Below are positions 34,924 to 48,920 of a stretch of DNA of 64,000 bases, in pieces; position 1 is the first letter of the stretch; the number at the start of each line of letters is the position of its first letter. The position numbers and the translations under genes were made by a program. The DNA comes from Chrysomallon squamiferum. Lineage: Eukaryota > Animalia > Mollusca. Under the pieces are notes generated by a model, which saw only the letters and a program-made list of their open reading frames with translations, was not told the origin of the DNA and did not search any database. The stretch is taken from NCBI GenBank assembly GCA_012295275.1, contig CM022667.1:8432001-8496000 (forward strand), given 5' to 3'.

Positions 34924-37900
34924 ATTTTGAAAATCGGAGTCGAGAGAGGAAAACTGAAATATGTGCCTAAATAAATGCATTAAATAATAATAGTAGTAGA
35001 ATTTAGTTAGCAGTAATATTACATATATATTAACACCGGCAAATGCAAAGGGAAGTATTACTGGTACGAGTTATTTTCTCTACCACTGTATATAACATTA
35101 TGTTAAAAAAAAACATATTTTCTGCACAACCACTGTTTATTATATGTATATATGTATGTGTTCCAGGTAGCTGTATTTTACTCTGTGCCTTGCATGCCAG
35201 TATGTGTCACTTTGTTAACTTTTTATACAGTTTTCTACATATTTTATATACTCTACAAGCAAATGTTTCTTCAGGTTTTAATCTTTGGTTCTGTTCTTTT
35301 TAAAAGAATAAATTAGTCTGTTAGCTTCGTAGTTGTTACGTGTTGTTTTTTTTTTTTTTTACACTATGTAGTATGTTCACATCATCGTCATTATTTATAT
35401 ACTTGTTTATTATTCTTGTTGTTGACTTTATAACGACCAAAGAAAAATTATTTTACATATGTGAACAGCTAGGTATTTTCGCATCACATTTTTTGTCCAG
35501 CAACTGAAGTTTTGCTAGTTACGAGGATAGCATTCTCCAAACTGTGAAATAGCATTTCTGAAAACTAACCTGAAGCTGACTCTTATTTGCATAAATGGGG
35601 GAGGGGCGGAGGTGGGGCCGGGGATACGGGGGCTTTGGCTCGGTTAGAACATTGTAGTCCGCAGTAACAGCATCATTCAGGGACCGTTTATCAGTAGCTA
35701 CTCGGTATTGTTTCTCTGTCACTGAGAAGGTAAATACAAAATATCCATAGCTGCAATCTGTAAAAGAATAGCCTCGTTTTAGAATGCATCTCTCATTATA
35801 TCTAGTTCCTTGCTGAAGATTAAAAATGTGTCGAACACATTGTAAAATAAAACATTTCTGTTTACATTTCACTACGTTATTCTACAGACTGCGCTACTGA
35901 AGAGTTTGTGAAAGAGAAAACGAGAATTCGTAGAAAATGTGGTTGTACAGAAACGTGACGTATTACAGGTGAAATGACAATGTGAAATATGTACAAGGTA
36001 AAATGTAAAAGAAAAAAAAAAAGAAAAAAGAAATAAAACATTGTGCAAAGATTTAATTTATTGTTGATAAACAACAGTAATAATGTATTTACATTTAACA
36101 ATACATTTACTCAAGGCACTCTTATTCAAATAGAAAATATTTATGGACACTATCGGGATTAAACCGTTATTTAATGATTGTCAGTATCATGAAATAAACA
36201 GAAATAACTTAATTGTTTATAATTTTATACTCATGAATAATCACTTTTGATATCACACAGATAAATAAATAATATTAAGTAGAAGAAAAAAATTATAGTA
36301 AGTTATTAACAAGTTGCTCTTTAGGTTATTTATTTATTTTGTCCTAAGAACAGGAAAAACTAAAACTTTTATAACAGAATTATTTATTATTACATATTTG
36401 TACTAATGTATTAAAATATTAATTTTGTTCAGTGATATAAAAATAAATAAACATTTGCTTTAAAAAAAACAACATTTAACTGTTCAACATAACAATCAGA
36501 ACAAACAGATTTGTTTTTATTCGTAACAAAGTCAGTGTAATAACATGGATTTCTCAGTAACAGGATTTACCAATGATAGAAAATTAAAAACGGCTATTCT
36601 TCATAGTATAACAATTCTCAGTATAATTCAGTCACAATAAATAAAGAATACATACATTTAAATATTCACAAAAATATTTTGTTTTTTGCACAGTGAAATT
36701 AAATCACAGGACAGAATTATTGTGCAGTAAAAGAAGATTGCTAATGTTCAGATTTCAGAAAATTACTGATGCATAGCTGTCAAGAATCTGCAGTAAAATG
36801 ATATGTGTAAATATTAATTTTCATGTACACGGTTAATATTAGAGTAACAAAGGGATGTAGAGGTGTAAATTTAAAAATATTTTTATCATATATCCCAACC
36901 CTTCTCTGCTTCCATGTCTCTAGCACACATTCTGATTTCACACACACACTCACACACACACACACACGCACACACACGCACGCACACACACACACACAAA
37001 CACACACACATTCCATACAATCAGAAAAGATAAACACCATGATGCATGCTTATATTAAATACAAACACACAAAAACAAAATTGGATAATCACATGAGACA
37101 CAGAAAAGAAAAAGTGACTTCAACCATTAGGACACTTTCAATTCCATTTCCCACCACCGACTGAAATTAGGCCAAATATAAATCTGAACATTTTTTAAAT
37201 CAAAATCACAGACACTACAAAACTGTCTATATTAATCCTCAGAACTTTATAGACTGAATACAGCACATTTAAAATGATTTTATTTATAAATACATTTCTT
37301 CAGTACTGTTATATCGTATGGCAAGAACTTTTTTGCTGAAGTAATTCCCATTCTTCATGAAGAGATTCACATCATGAAAGTCACATTAACACATGATCTG
37401 AGTTGAGTAAACTACAGGTATTTGACAAGCTGTGTTACATGATGATTAAAAACACAGCACACTCAAAAACAGACATTCAGTCTATGACTGATAGCTGTAG
37501 TAACATTAATAAGAAGAGCTAAACTGAACAGTCTAACAGATGAAATGTGTGAGGAACGAATTCTGCTACTAAAGGTAAATTACAAATACTTCACTCATTC
37601 TTGTCAGTTATACTATCTGGAACTAACTGCAGAAATACACCCAGATGTTTTCTAAATCCTTAATACAATAATTTACTACTAAAAGACAACTCACATGAAC
37701 AGTTGTTTTGTGCTTATGATAACTAGCATATTAAACTGTTTGTCTAAACAGAAGCCAAAAATTTTGACTGATATAATTAAAAATCATTATTTGGTTTCTT
37801 TTTATATATACATGATTTTGGAAAATTAGAAATTTTATTAATGTATTAAAACATACACGTACTAGAAATAATCTAAAGTGATTACTTCTTTTGTACATTT

Positions 37901-38677
37901 GCAAATATTTCCGAATTTTTTTTTTTATGGTGGTCACCAATATTTGCTAACAATAAAGTTTAGCACTAATAATTATAACACTTTCCTGAATTATTTCATG
38001 ATGCCAGTTAATAAAAATGTAAAACAACCTGAGAGATACAAATAATTTACAGTAAACATTGTTTTTTTTATCTTTCCATACGTAAATTGATACAGTAAAG
38101 AAATGAGAAAAATGCAGACACTAGAATATTTCCTCATTCCTTTTTTACTTTATATTTATTAAAGGTTGAATAAAACGATCTGTTCTTACACTGTAAAATA
38201 ACATAAAAACTATTGCACAAACTGGTCAAATGAACTAATTTGCTTCATGTTCTCTTACAACATCAGCGGTGAAAATGATTTCTGAATGATCACATCTGCA
38301 TCATCAGAATCATTCAGTCATAACCAGACACCATGAGGTACTCAGAAAGAAAGAAAATCATTTCAAAGTGTCCTAATCATCACAATGCATTATCAGTCTG
38401 AAATCATTCATCATCATCCAATCAACATCACTGATTGTTAGAATATCATCATTTTTTTTTTTGTAACTGAATATTAAAATAATATCACTTCAGTCCTGTG
38501 ACAAAGATGTTATCACATATCTAAAAATTATCAGTCACCATTTTAATACTACAGTAATAATCAAAACATCTTTTCTCTTCTCTTTTTTTTTTGTTTTTTG
38601 TTTTTCATTCTCAAAAACATTAACACTGGAATTAACCTTTTAAATTTAATTCTGAAATATCATCATCATCATCATCG

Positions 38678-38921
38678 TCATCTTTTTTCATTCTGTGATT
38701 TAGAAACCAGCGTGGTTGCTTCATCAACATCGTCAGACAAGGTTTCAGACTCTGCATCGGAGCTGTTGTGAAAGACAAATTTGTTGATGGTGTTCTTCAC
38801 TTCGTTGGTGGCGGCTGTTTGTTTTCTGTTCTGACTGATGTACAGACAGACCAGACACATGTTGATGACGATGCTAACACACGCGACAATGCTCAGAACA
38901 ACTACACCAACAAGACACTTG
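38678..38921 (-). CDS. NAGPA: NAGPA last exon (TM and cytosolic tail)
   Basis: [28 protein letters not shown]...[19 protein letters not shown]. Confidence 0.85.
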
Positions 38922-39409
38922 CTGAAATTTTATAAATAAATAAATAAATAGCACATTTAGGTATTAATACAAATAAAATCCATCAGAGTAAACCTATAAT
39001 TCAACAAATAAATAAATAAATAAATAAAAAGGTAAGAAACATAAAAAAAGAATATAATCTTTTAATGGATTCTCTTTTTACTTTAGATATAGGAGCACGT
39101 TTTATCAATTATACAACAAAACTACACAGCAAGTATATAATTATATAAAAAAAAGTTTAAAAACAACAAAAACAAAAACATTTTTCCTATTTATCAATAT
39201 AAGTTCTTCATTTGTGAAACCAGTCATTTTAACTGACTGAAAAGAATCTGTTTAATTTTATGATTTATTAAAAAGTTAAGAATAAAAAAAGACGAAGTTA
39301 AAAACATACTTGTACTGGTCTGATTGGTTGACAACAAGATTTCTTTTCTTAATTATCTCTTCAGCTACACACGCACTGGCTGAAACAGGTCACAATATAT
39401 CAAAGATAA

Positions 39410-39469
<60 letters not shown>

Positions 39470-39477
39470 CCGTGTGT

Positions 39478-39526
<49 letters not shown>

Positions 39527-40953
39527 GGTGTTTGTGTGTGTTTGTGTGTGTGTGTGTGTGGGTGTTTGTGTGTGTTTGTGTGCACATGCATCTATATGTA
39601 TTTCAGTGAATATGTGTATGTATCTGTCTATATATGTGACTGTAGGTATGCATATTTGTGTGTGTGTCTAAATGTATATATGTATGTCTCTGTGTTGTTA
39701 TCTGTGTGTACTTGTGTGTGAATGTTTGTATATGTTTGTGAAACATGTGTGTAAGCATTGTTAAAAATGAAACAAAATCATGCTGACAAATTCTGCAATA
39801 TTTTTAAAAATCAATACATTCAATGAATATAATATCTGTATTTCAAACCATTATAATTATTATTTACCAAATAATCATATATAAAAATAAAAAAATTAAT
39901 TGTAAGAATGCAAATATATTTAACTCAGATGTTTGAAACACAAATAATTTCAACAAATGCTTCAAATGTAACATTCAGCAACAAATAACAATTAATAAAA
40001 ACTCACCTTGTTTCAGAGAAGCGTAGTCAGAGTTTGATACATTGTCACATGACCCAGTCACATGATCACAGAAACAACCCTGACTGTCGTCACACAAGCA
40101 CACACTTTGACATCTGACACCAAAATATCCGTATGGACAAACTGAAATTAACAAATTAAATTCCTCTGTCACTATTAAGTATTAGCAGATAGAAAACACT
40201 TGTAAGAGCAAGGTATTAATATATCATCTTAAATTTTATTCTGTATTCCAGCATTTTTGCTTTATAAATCAAAAATTTCTGCTATTTATCATTCTGTTTA
40301 TCTTATTTCTTTTTTTAATAATAATTTGTTTATTTTATATTAATATTTTTAATTTCACAAAGCCACTGAATATAAAAGAAATAAATTAAAAACTTAGCAT
40401 CAATTATTTGTGTCGTTTCTTTAAAATATTTTTTACAGTAAACCATTATTCTTGTTTATGACAAAATCTAAATTCAATAAAAAAATTAATTTAAGAAAAC
40501 AACTGAATTTAAATGAATTTCTGAGTAAATTAATTCTCCTAATCATGAAACGACTTTACTTCTGTTGAAATATAAAATTTTAAACTGAGTTCTCTGCTCT
40601 CTTACTTGACTGACAAAACTGTCCGGTATACCCTGCCCTGCATGTACATGCACCCGTGACGTGGTCACACACACCCCCATTCTGACACGCACACTGCTGT
40701 GTACAGTTCTGACCAAACCTCCCAGAGCGACACACCAGAGAACAGTTGTAACCATGCCAACCAGGATCACACAGACATCCCTCTGAAACAACAACAGATA
40801 ACCACCATCATGTATCTGTAACCATGCAACTATCAGCAAGGGACTTTTTTTTAAATAGATCCTTCCCATAAACTGGAATGCATATATAAAGGCCTTTACA
40901 TAAAACTTTCTTCAGACAATGACTGAAATTGTTAACAGACTTATATATATATA

Positions 40954-40997
<44 letters not shown>

Positions 40998-42212
40998 CTA
41001 AGAATGACTGATTGTGTAATCTGTAAGCCATTAGTGAATCAAGTATGACTAAAACCAGAAACAACCAAAAATTCTTTATAATAGCAACTTAATATATGTA
41101 TGTATGTATGTACTTATGTGTATGTAAGTTCAATAAATAGTTATTATATCAGTTTGTCTTATTCAGAAGGACAAACAAATCAAAACAAGACTAAAACAGT
41201 TTCTTACTGCCAGTGCAGTATCCTCGTCTGTTGCAATCATCTGGACATGACAGGATGTTACACTTTGGCCCTGACCAGTGTCCATGGCACACGCACTGAC
41301 CAAGCTGACACGTTCCGTGATGGTAACAGTCCTTCGGTTGACAGTCAGGTTCATGCACGCATACAATGGTCGACACATTGCGAGCACAGTTAAACCTCTT
41401 GTCTTCACTGGAAGGAAAACACAAAAATGTCAGTTTAGCACTGTTAATAAAGCTGGTATATAAATTTATAACAAAATACTTTATAAGTTTTATATTTATT
41501 TAAAGTAGCTGATAATGTTAATTTTACTTGGGGATGTACAAATTAATGATCAACAGTGACATATTGAACCACCTGCATTCTAAAAGTAAATCATTAATCT
41601 ACTGGTATATAAATAACACCATTAATGTACTAATAAATAAATACTGTATCATTAACCTACTGATAAATAAATACTGAATCATTAATCAACTGATAAATAT
41701 ATAATGTATAATTAATCTGCTGATAAATAAATAATGTTTAATTAAACTGCTGATGAATAAATAATGTATAATTAATCTGCTGATAAATAAATAATGTATA
41801 ATTAAACTGCTGATGAATAAATAATGTATAATTAATCTGCTGGTAAATAAATAATGAATAATTAATCTGCTGATGAATAAATAATGTATAATTAATCTGC
41901 TGATGAATAAATAATGTATAATTAAACTGCTGATTAATAAATAGTGTATTACAGAGACCAGTGATTATAAATAATCTGACTGATCTGGTAGGAAATAAAT
42001 AGCAGGTTGTTAATCTCCGGACAGGTAAGCCACCCACCATTTGTCTGACGGGTAGTTGATCACAGTCTGATTGATCACAAGGGTGGTTGATCCACCCCCA
42101 TCCAGGTTGACAGCATTCACAAAACCATAGTCTTTAAGAATCTCCGCAAACTCCCACAGGTTCACTCTGTAATACACACATACATAAATAAACAGATAAA
42201 TAAATAAATACA

Positions 42213-42255
<43 letters not shown>

Positions 42256-44283
42256 ATACATAAATAAGTAAATAAATAAATAAAGAAAGAAAGAAAGAAA
42301 GAAAGAAATAAACAATTAAAATTCAATAAAATAAAACAAAATTAAAAATAAATAAATAAATAAGAGAGTAAATAAATAAATAAATAAATAAATTAAAGGT
42401 TTAACATCTCTATTATCTAAGGTTTAGTCCAAATGAAAACCTTATGTTACAAACTTCAAAGCAAAAAAATATTTTAATTAACTAATATTTTTAATTATTC
42501 TGTAAAGTTAAACTTGAACATCATCCTAACAGGACAGCAGAAAATAACAAAACTGATTTCCCCAACATCTGAAAAAAACTGATAATAAACAATAAAAATT
42601 TATATTCGACCTCCAAACAGCTTTTCTTTCTTTATTATTCTAATTATTCTAATTAATTTTATTGCTATTGTTGGTTGTTGTTGTTGTTGTTGTTGCTGTT
42701 ATCATACCAACCCTGTGTTTGTCTGCGTCTTGCCTTCAATCTGCATAATCAACACATTCCCCTCTTTGTCATGACCAATAGCTGTCCGAGAGGACCTCAC
42801 GTCCACAAACTGCCTCAGCGTCCCTGAAATGTGTTTTTTAATTAGATGTTGGTTACATATACACGCACACACAGACAGGCAAATATTAGTATGTTCATTT
42901 TTTAATCTAAATTAGAGCTTTATCACGAAAACTGAATATTCACTGCAGATTCAACAGCTTGATGAAAAAAAGGACAGGCCTATAAAGTATAGTGAAGTCG
43001 CAGAACTGATTTTTCGGTATGTGTCAGTGGGAATTTTTCCCAATCTAGACACTGTTCCATTTCCATTAATTTTGTTTATCATGGTATTACATGCTTTCAT
43101 CTCTATAGAATGGTAGACGTTAGTTTACTCTCTCATATTATAACACAGAAAATAATTTTAATATATTAAATAGTTTCAAACTGAAACACACACCAGACAA
43201 AATATATCTGTGGAATTTTAAAATAAGATTACATAACCAACAAAATAAATATGTTCATCTACCTTAAAACCAAAGTGAATTGTTAACACAAAAACAGACT
43301 GAGGTGTCTTACAAATACTTTCACACATAAACTATCACCTGTTACTCTAATCTCTGATCTCACCTGTCTCTTCAGTGTCTGAACACTCAAATTTCAAACT
43401 TTCCAAAACATAGCTTTCTCCGTCTCTTAGCAACCAGAAGACCCCACCCACCAGCTGAGTAAAGTGTTGTGTAAGCAGGTCTATTTCTGATAAATATCTG
43501 AAATAAGTAACAAACATTAATAACATATATACACAGACAGACAGCCAGATAGACAAGTAGATGTATTTATTATTTTACTGTAAATTATTTAATAAAAGAT
43601 TTTCAACAAAGAAACCCCTAAAAATATATTCCTTTATGATGTTACAAAACAACATAACTGCCTATATTCATAGAAAATTAAAAAAATACACACCCAACAA
43701 AAATGTACCCGTCCATTGTAATCCCAAAGTGAACATTCTGAATTCCTCCAGAGTCTTGTACTAAGTGTCCATTACTAATTATGTTACCTGCAATACAATC
43801 AAATTAGTTTCAGTTTTACAGGTAACATAGAAACTTCTGAATTCTATAAACTAAATAAACAATGTCTGTGTGTATGTTTATAACAAATAAACACACATTC
43901 TTATTTCTATTTTTTTTTTTTTTTTTTTGAATTCTCATCTCTTTTCACAGCTGAGAGAATATTTTGATTATTATTATTATTATTAATTCAGATGGCGTGT
44001 GACTGAAAACAAAAGTGATTTAAACAACAGGTAACATGTGGCTATGTATCTACATTATTTAATTAATGAAACAAAGAGACTGCATAAATGTATGTTTTAG
44101 TAAAGACTGTATTTACAGGTAAAAATAAATCACCAAAAAAAAAAAAAAAATAATAATAATAATAATAAAATTTACAATATGAGGAAATGTATTCATTCCA
44201 AAATAAAGGCCATACTAAAAAATATTTATCTATGATGATTCAAAATATAAATTAACTCTCATTCACTCACTCTCTCTGTCTCT

Positions 44284-44336
<53 letters not shown>

Positions 44337-44348
44337 TGTGTGTCTGTG

Positions 44349-44405
<57 letters not shown>

Positions 44406-45400
44406 GTGACTGTATGTTACCAGAACAAATATTTAATTTGATATCGTTCTGGATGTCACATCTGTTTATGCACCAGCTGGTGATGTGATGCAGATTTTCC
44501 TCTTAAATATTAAATACTGTAATTACAGTGTGGAATTACCATAATCTACAAAGCATAAAACACTTGTCTACACATTACGTTAACAAACAAATATTATTAT
44601 TATCATACTAACATATTTTAGAAAAGCAGCTTAATGATACTTAGATACTTGAAATTAATTATTTTTTAAAAACATTATCTGACACACATACACACACACA
44701 CACACAGACACACACATACACACACAGACACACACATACACACACAGTCTGTTTTTCCACATAAACAGATATGTCACAGTAAGTACTATGAATGTAGATA
44801 TTTGATACTGGATGTATGTACTGTTTGAGTCAACCTGTCTTTGTTTTAATTAAACAAGCGTATACTGAATATTTATCTCTGCCATATGTTACCTGAGGTG
44901 TTTGTTTTTTTTGTTGTTGTTTTATTTTTGTTGTATCTGTGTATTATGTATACATATAAATATTTTTACATACATACATATATATATTATACACACACAC
45001 ACCTATTTGTTCACTGAAGCAGTGTTTATGTGTATGGATTACATATTTCCAAAGTACATATTTGGTCACAAACAGTGACCCTGACTTCTTTTCTTTCTTT
45101 TAATAAAAATATTATTTTATCTGAATATTTACATATGTATTATATATTACTATTTTGTTCTGCTACCAGCTTGTGATAAAACTGCTATATATGCACATAT
45201 ATATTATTTATCTAGAAACCTTTTAATTTTTATTCTAATGTTGTTTTTACAAAGTTTTTATATTATAATCCAACTGTATCTAACAAAATTTTAAAAAATT
45301 TTTTTTTTTGTTTTATATTTTTAATATATACACATAGTTCTGTGTGTGTGTGTGTGTGTGGCTCTGTATGTGTGTGTGTGTGTTTGAGTGTCTGTGTGTC

Positions 45401-45431
<31 letters not shown>

Positions 45432-46747
45432 CTATCTGTCTGTTGGTCTGAATGGTAAGTTATTTCTGATTCTCCTACAGAACGTATTTCTTATAAAGAT
45501 AAAACTTGATATTTCTAACTCTGGCTGATTTCTTACCTCGACCTATTTCATTAAGAGAAAGAACACATTTATTGCCCTGGCAATTTTTTTTTTAGAGTCA
45601 TAAGGTATTTCTTATCCTGACATATTTACTGTAGAGACATAACATCATCTTTCTTATTGTTTGTACTATTCATATTTATTATCACAACATAAGATGGTAT
45701 TTCTTATCCAGACTGTATGGATGTTTCATATTATATATTACCTGTCATAGTATTAGTTATACTCAACATAAACAAAACATTTATAATATTTATATCTGTC
45801 ATATTACTAGTTATACTCAAATATTTATCAAACATTTATACCTATGGTACTAGCTATATTGAAAATACACAAAACATTTATACTATTTACACCTGTCATG
45901 GTACTAGTTATACTGAAAATACAGGCTAGAGGAGCTCTGCAAGCTGAAGCTGTTTCTTACCGAGACACTGTCCAGTGTGTGTGTTGAAGAATCCTGCGTT
46001 GATGGCCAACCTGCAGCCAGCCTGTCTGCTGCTCACTTTGACCGTCGCTCTCGTCCCCCCACCTTTCCTACACGAACCTGGTGCCAGAGGTTCTAACACC
46101 GACAACGTCTTCAGCGGATCCCTGACCACTTCGTAACGCAGATTAACAACCCATTTGTTCCAGCCGTCGCTGACCTCGTGCAGGGAATGTTTAGAAACAA
46201 GAAAGGGAAGAATCGCGCTGTCTGATTTGTGTGCTTTGTGCCTGGAGTGGGTCACATTCCCGTATTTTACGTTCTGACATTCTCTGATGTGTCGATTTCT
46301 TCGAAGCTTTGGTCCATGGTGTCCAATGTAGGGAGTCAGCATGTCCATGCCATCAAGTGAATTATATCTGTAAGAAATTTAAAATTAACTCAACTGGCTG
46401 GAAAAAAATGGTTTAAAGATGTCTGCATGGTTCCGTATGATCTCTAAAAATTATAGGATTGCCGTATAAATATTTTTAAAGATATTCTTTTAAATAACTG
46501 TAATCTGTTGTTTAAGGAATTTGAAGAGGTTAATATTTCATTATTTCAAAGATGAAGATTTCTTTTTCAGTTACAGATGGGTTGAAATGAAATGAAAATT
46601 TGAACTTATGTAAAATAGTCACACAAATCAGGAGTCTTAATTTTTTACATAAATATAATTTTTCAGAATGTTGTAGTTTTACATGCACATGTAGATATAT
46701 GCTTACATGAATACATGCAGACATATGCGCACGCACGCACTCACACA

Positions 46748-46784
<37 letters not shown>

Positions 46785-47147
46785 GACATATATACAAACA
46801 AATATCTTGGGAACAGGACAGCACTGGATTCCAATCCTAATTTTCTAATATTTTTCTTCTTTCCAAAATACAGTTAAAAAGATTAATTTTACAAATGAAT
46901 AAATAAAAATTAAAAAGATTAAAAAAAATATTTTCACATACTAAATTAATCTTTTTTCCATTTTAATGCAGTTTTATTTTATTTTATTTTATTTTTTATA
47001 AAAAATTTTTCCAGATATTCGTAATAATATTGGTATGGATACATCATATACATAACCGTATTCAAAATACGTGTATTTTTTGTACCTGTTTTGTTGCTCG
47101 GCTTTTGTCATTGTAAACGCTATGATTATTATCAGTGTTGTTTTCAT
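38678..47147 (-). CDS. NAGPA: N-acetylglucosamine-1-phosphodiester alpha-N-acetylglucosaminidase (uncovering enzyme), 587 aa. Exons (minus strand): 47147-47086, 46367-45961, 43787-43694, 43497-43364, 42823-42712, 42166-42038, 41407-41208, 40782-40606, 40141-40007, 39379-39310, 38921-38678
   Basis: Signal peptide, furin-like RNRHIR|[70 protein letters not shown] repeats, TM helix and acidic tail. All phases match; 1764 nt in total. Confidence 0.95.
39310..39379 (-). CDS. NAGPA: NAGPA exon 10 (stalk)
   Basis: [22 protein letters not shown]; phase 1/2 bridges the neighbouring exons exactly. Confidence 0.8.
39411..39720. repeat. Long degenerate (TG)n microsatellite
   Basis: Direct reading. One of many simple repeats, e.g. 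(CT)n 233-305, (ATG)n 17079-17140, (GA)n 19778-19856, (ATT)n 34841-34921. Confidence 0.9.
40007..40141 (-). CDS. NAGPA: NAGPA exon 9 (EGF-like)
   Basis: [31 protein letters not shown]; phase 1/1. Confidence 0.9.
40606..40782 (-). CDS. NAGPA: NAGPA exon 8 (EGF-like)
   Basis: [58 protein letters not shown]; phase 1/1. Confidence 0.9.
41208..41407 (-). CDS. NAGPA: NAGPA exon 7
   Basis: [40 protein letters not shown]...; phase 2/1. Confidence 0.92.
41600..41945. repeat. Intronic minisatellite, 30-bp unit AATTAATCTGCTGATAAATAAATAATGTAT (~11 copies, decaying leftward)
   Basis: Direct reading; explains the spurious [10 protein letters not shown] repeat ORF. Confidence 0.9.
42038..42166 (-). CDS. 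NAGPA: NAGPA exon 6 (catalytic NLDGGGS)
   Basis: [42 protein letters not shown]; phase 2/2. Confidence 0.95.
42712..42823 (-). CDS. NAGPA: NAGPA exon 5
   Basis: [36 protein letters not shown]; phase 1/2. Confidence 0.92.
43364..43497 (-). CDS. NAGPA: NAGPA exon 4
   Basis: [30 protein letters not shown]...ECSDTEET; phase 2/1. Confidence 0.92.
43694..43787 (-). CDS. NAGPA: NAGPA exon 3
   Basis: [30 protein letters not shown]; phase 1/2 (absent from the ORF track). Confidence 0.92.
45961..46367 (-). CDS. NAGPA: NAGPA exon 2
   Basis: [13 protein letters not shown]...RNRHIRECQ...[12 protein letters not shown]...[15 protein letters not shown]; phase 2/1. Confidence 0.93.
47086..47147 (-). CDS. 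NAGPA: NAGPA exon 1 (signal peptide)
   Basis: [20 protein letters not shown](R); donor GTACAA; phase 2 matches exon 2. Confidence 0.8.
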
Positions 47148-47243
47148 TTCTCCGGTTTGCAGCAGAACGAAACATAGTCCATTCGTGCACGATTTGTCTG
47201 AGATATATCTCAAAAACAACTCTCTTCTCTTATCATCACAGTC

Positions 47244-47355
47244 GTCACGTGAAACTGAACAACGCTAGCTCAGAAATAGGAGAATACACACAACAAAACG
47301 TTAATTATAGAATCAAGCGTGACAGAGTGAAAATACAGTTAATCGTTCACGTGAC
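47244..47355 (-). promoter_or_regulatory. Two CLEAR/E-box (MiT-TFE/TFEB) elements upstream of NAGPA
   Basis: GTCACGTGAA at 47244-47253 and TTCACGTGAC at 47346-47355, each 9/10 to the GTCACGTGAC consensus, ~100 and ~200 bp upstream of the ATG. Confidence 0.65.
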
Positions 47356-48028
47356 ATAAATAGAAATAACGCATGACATACTCGCTGTGTTCGCACGATT
47401 TTTAATATTTCATTCCTATTACTTAGTTCTCCAGCTCGTCACAGTTCGTTTCCTGCTTGGCGTTTACTAAAAATAGTATTGGTTCTGTATCCGAAACGAA
47501 ACACAAAAATAAATAATGTAGAGTTATCTCTCTTGATTTAAGGCTGCTATAGTAGTCCTCGGATAACATTAATGTGTAGCGATGTGCTAAAAGTCAGACG
47601 TATTGAAAGGCGTAAAAAGCTCAACAGATGATGTGGTCGTTTCCAAATCTCCATAATAGCCAAAATATACAAATAAATAATCAATAACAATTAGAAGTTA
47701 AATAATATCAAATAGATAAAAACCTTAATGGTTTGTTTCCTCCAATTTGTTCCAAGGTTTGAAAATTGTGAGTCAGGAATTAACAATATTAATCATTACT
47801 ACGAAGAATTAAGTTTTAAGCTATCAAATTATGGTAATATATTATTTTTTCTTTTTCTGTCTCTCTGTCTTTGTGTGTGTCTGTCTGTCTCTCCGTCTCT
47901 TTTTCTCCCATAATCGAGTATTTCCCTTATGTGCAATAAAACATATATTATTTTTATTACCGTTTTCTTTTCTTTTTTCTTTTTTATTTCTGCCATATTA
48001 TTTCGGTATACTCAACAAACTTATGCTA

Positions 48029-48091
<63 letters not shown>

Positions 48092-48689
48092 TAGGTAATG
48101 ATATAGATATAAATATAGATATATAGATATAACACCAGAACTAATCAAACAAAAGTTTTAACGTTTAGTTTAAGTTTGAACAGTTAAGTTAATTGTGGTC
48201 GAAATCAAATTCTTCAGCCTGGCTGAATGGCCGATATGACAGACTGTAAAAACGAGACAGGTTATAAAATCGGAAAACCCACCAAGAAATAGTGTTTTAT
48301 TATTTAGATCAAATTAACAATAGATAAAATTAAATGTCCGTACCTGAAACAATTTCTCAGGGATCGATTTCCCACTTAACTCTGCATGGAGATTACTTTT
48401 TCAAACATTAACATACACACGTACGAAAACACATAAATAAACATATCTATAGGTAGAGATTCCTTCTCCTTTTTTTTTCTTTCTGTTTTTGTACCTTTCT
48501 TGTTATATACAGGTGTTAAACAACCGCTTATGTAGGTAAAATATTCTCTCCACTACAGGGAACAAACAATTTAGTGTGTGTTTTAATAGCGAATACAAGT
48601 TGCCGATTATTTTCATTTGGAATATTTATCGTTATTTCATTTTTAATCTTAAAGGTATACCTTTGGTGATATGAAGAAATAGTGCAAAT

Positions 48690-48846
48690 ATATGTATGTA
48701 TGTATGCATGTATTTTAGGATGTTGTCTTATGTACGTCTGGTTAGACTCTGCACATAGACAATATTTAAGAACGCACAGGCGCAGGAGGACAAAGTCCAG
48801 TCACGACCTCACAAACCCGTCAGATGCCGCTGACGAGACTCGAACG
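48690..48846 (-). mobile_element. Possible 5'-truncated SINE remnant
   Basis: Minus strand begins with B-box-like GTTCGAGTC, has a GC-richer body and ends in an (ACAT)n tail. Confidence 0.3.
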
Positions 48847-48864
48847 TAATATATATAATTTTTG

Positions 48865-48920
<56 letters not shown>

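Noticed and set aside
41738-42040. 100-aa repeat ORF ([10 protein letters not shown])n
   Set aside because: Translation of the 30-bp intronic minisatellite; NAGPA splices around it in phase.
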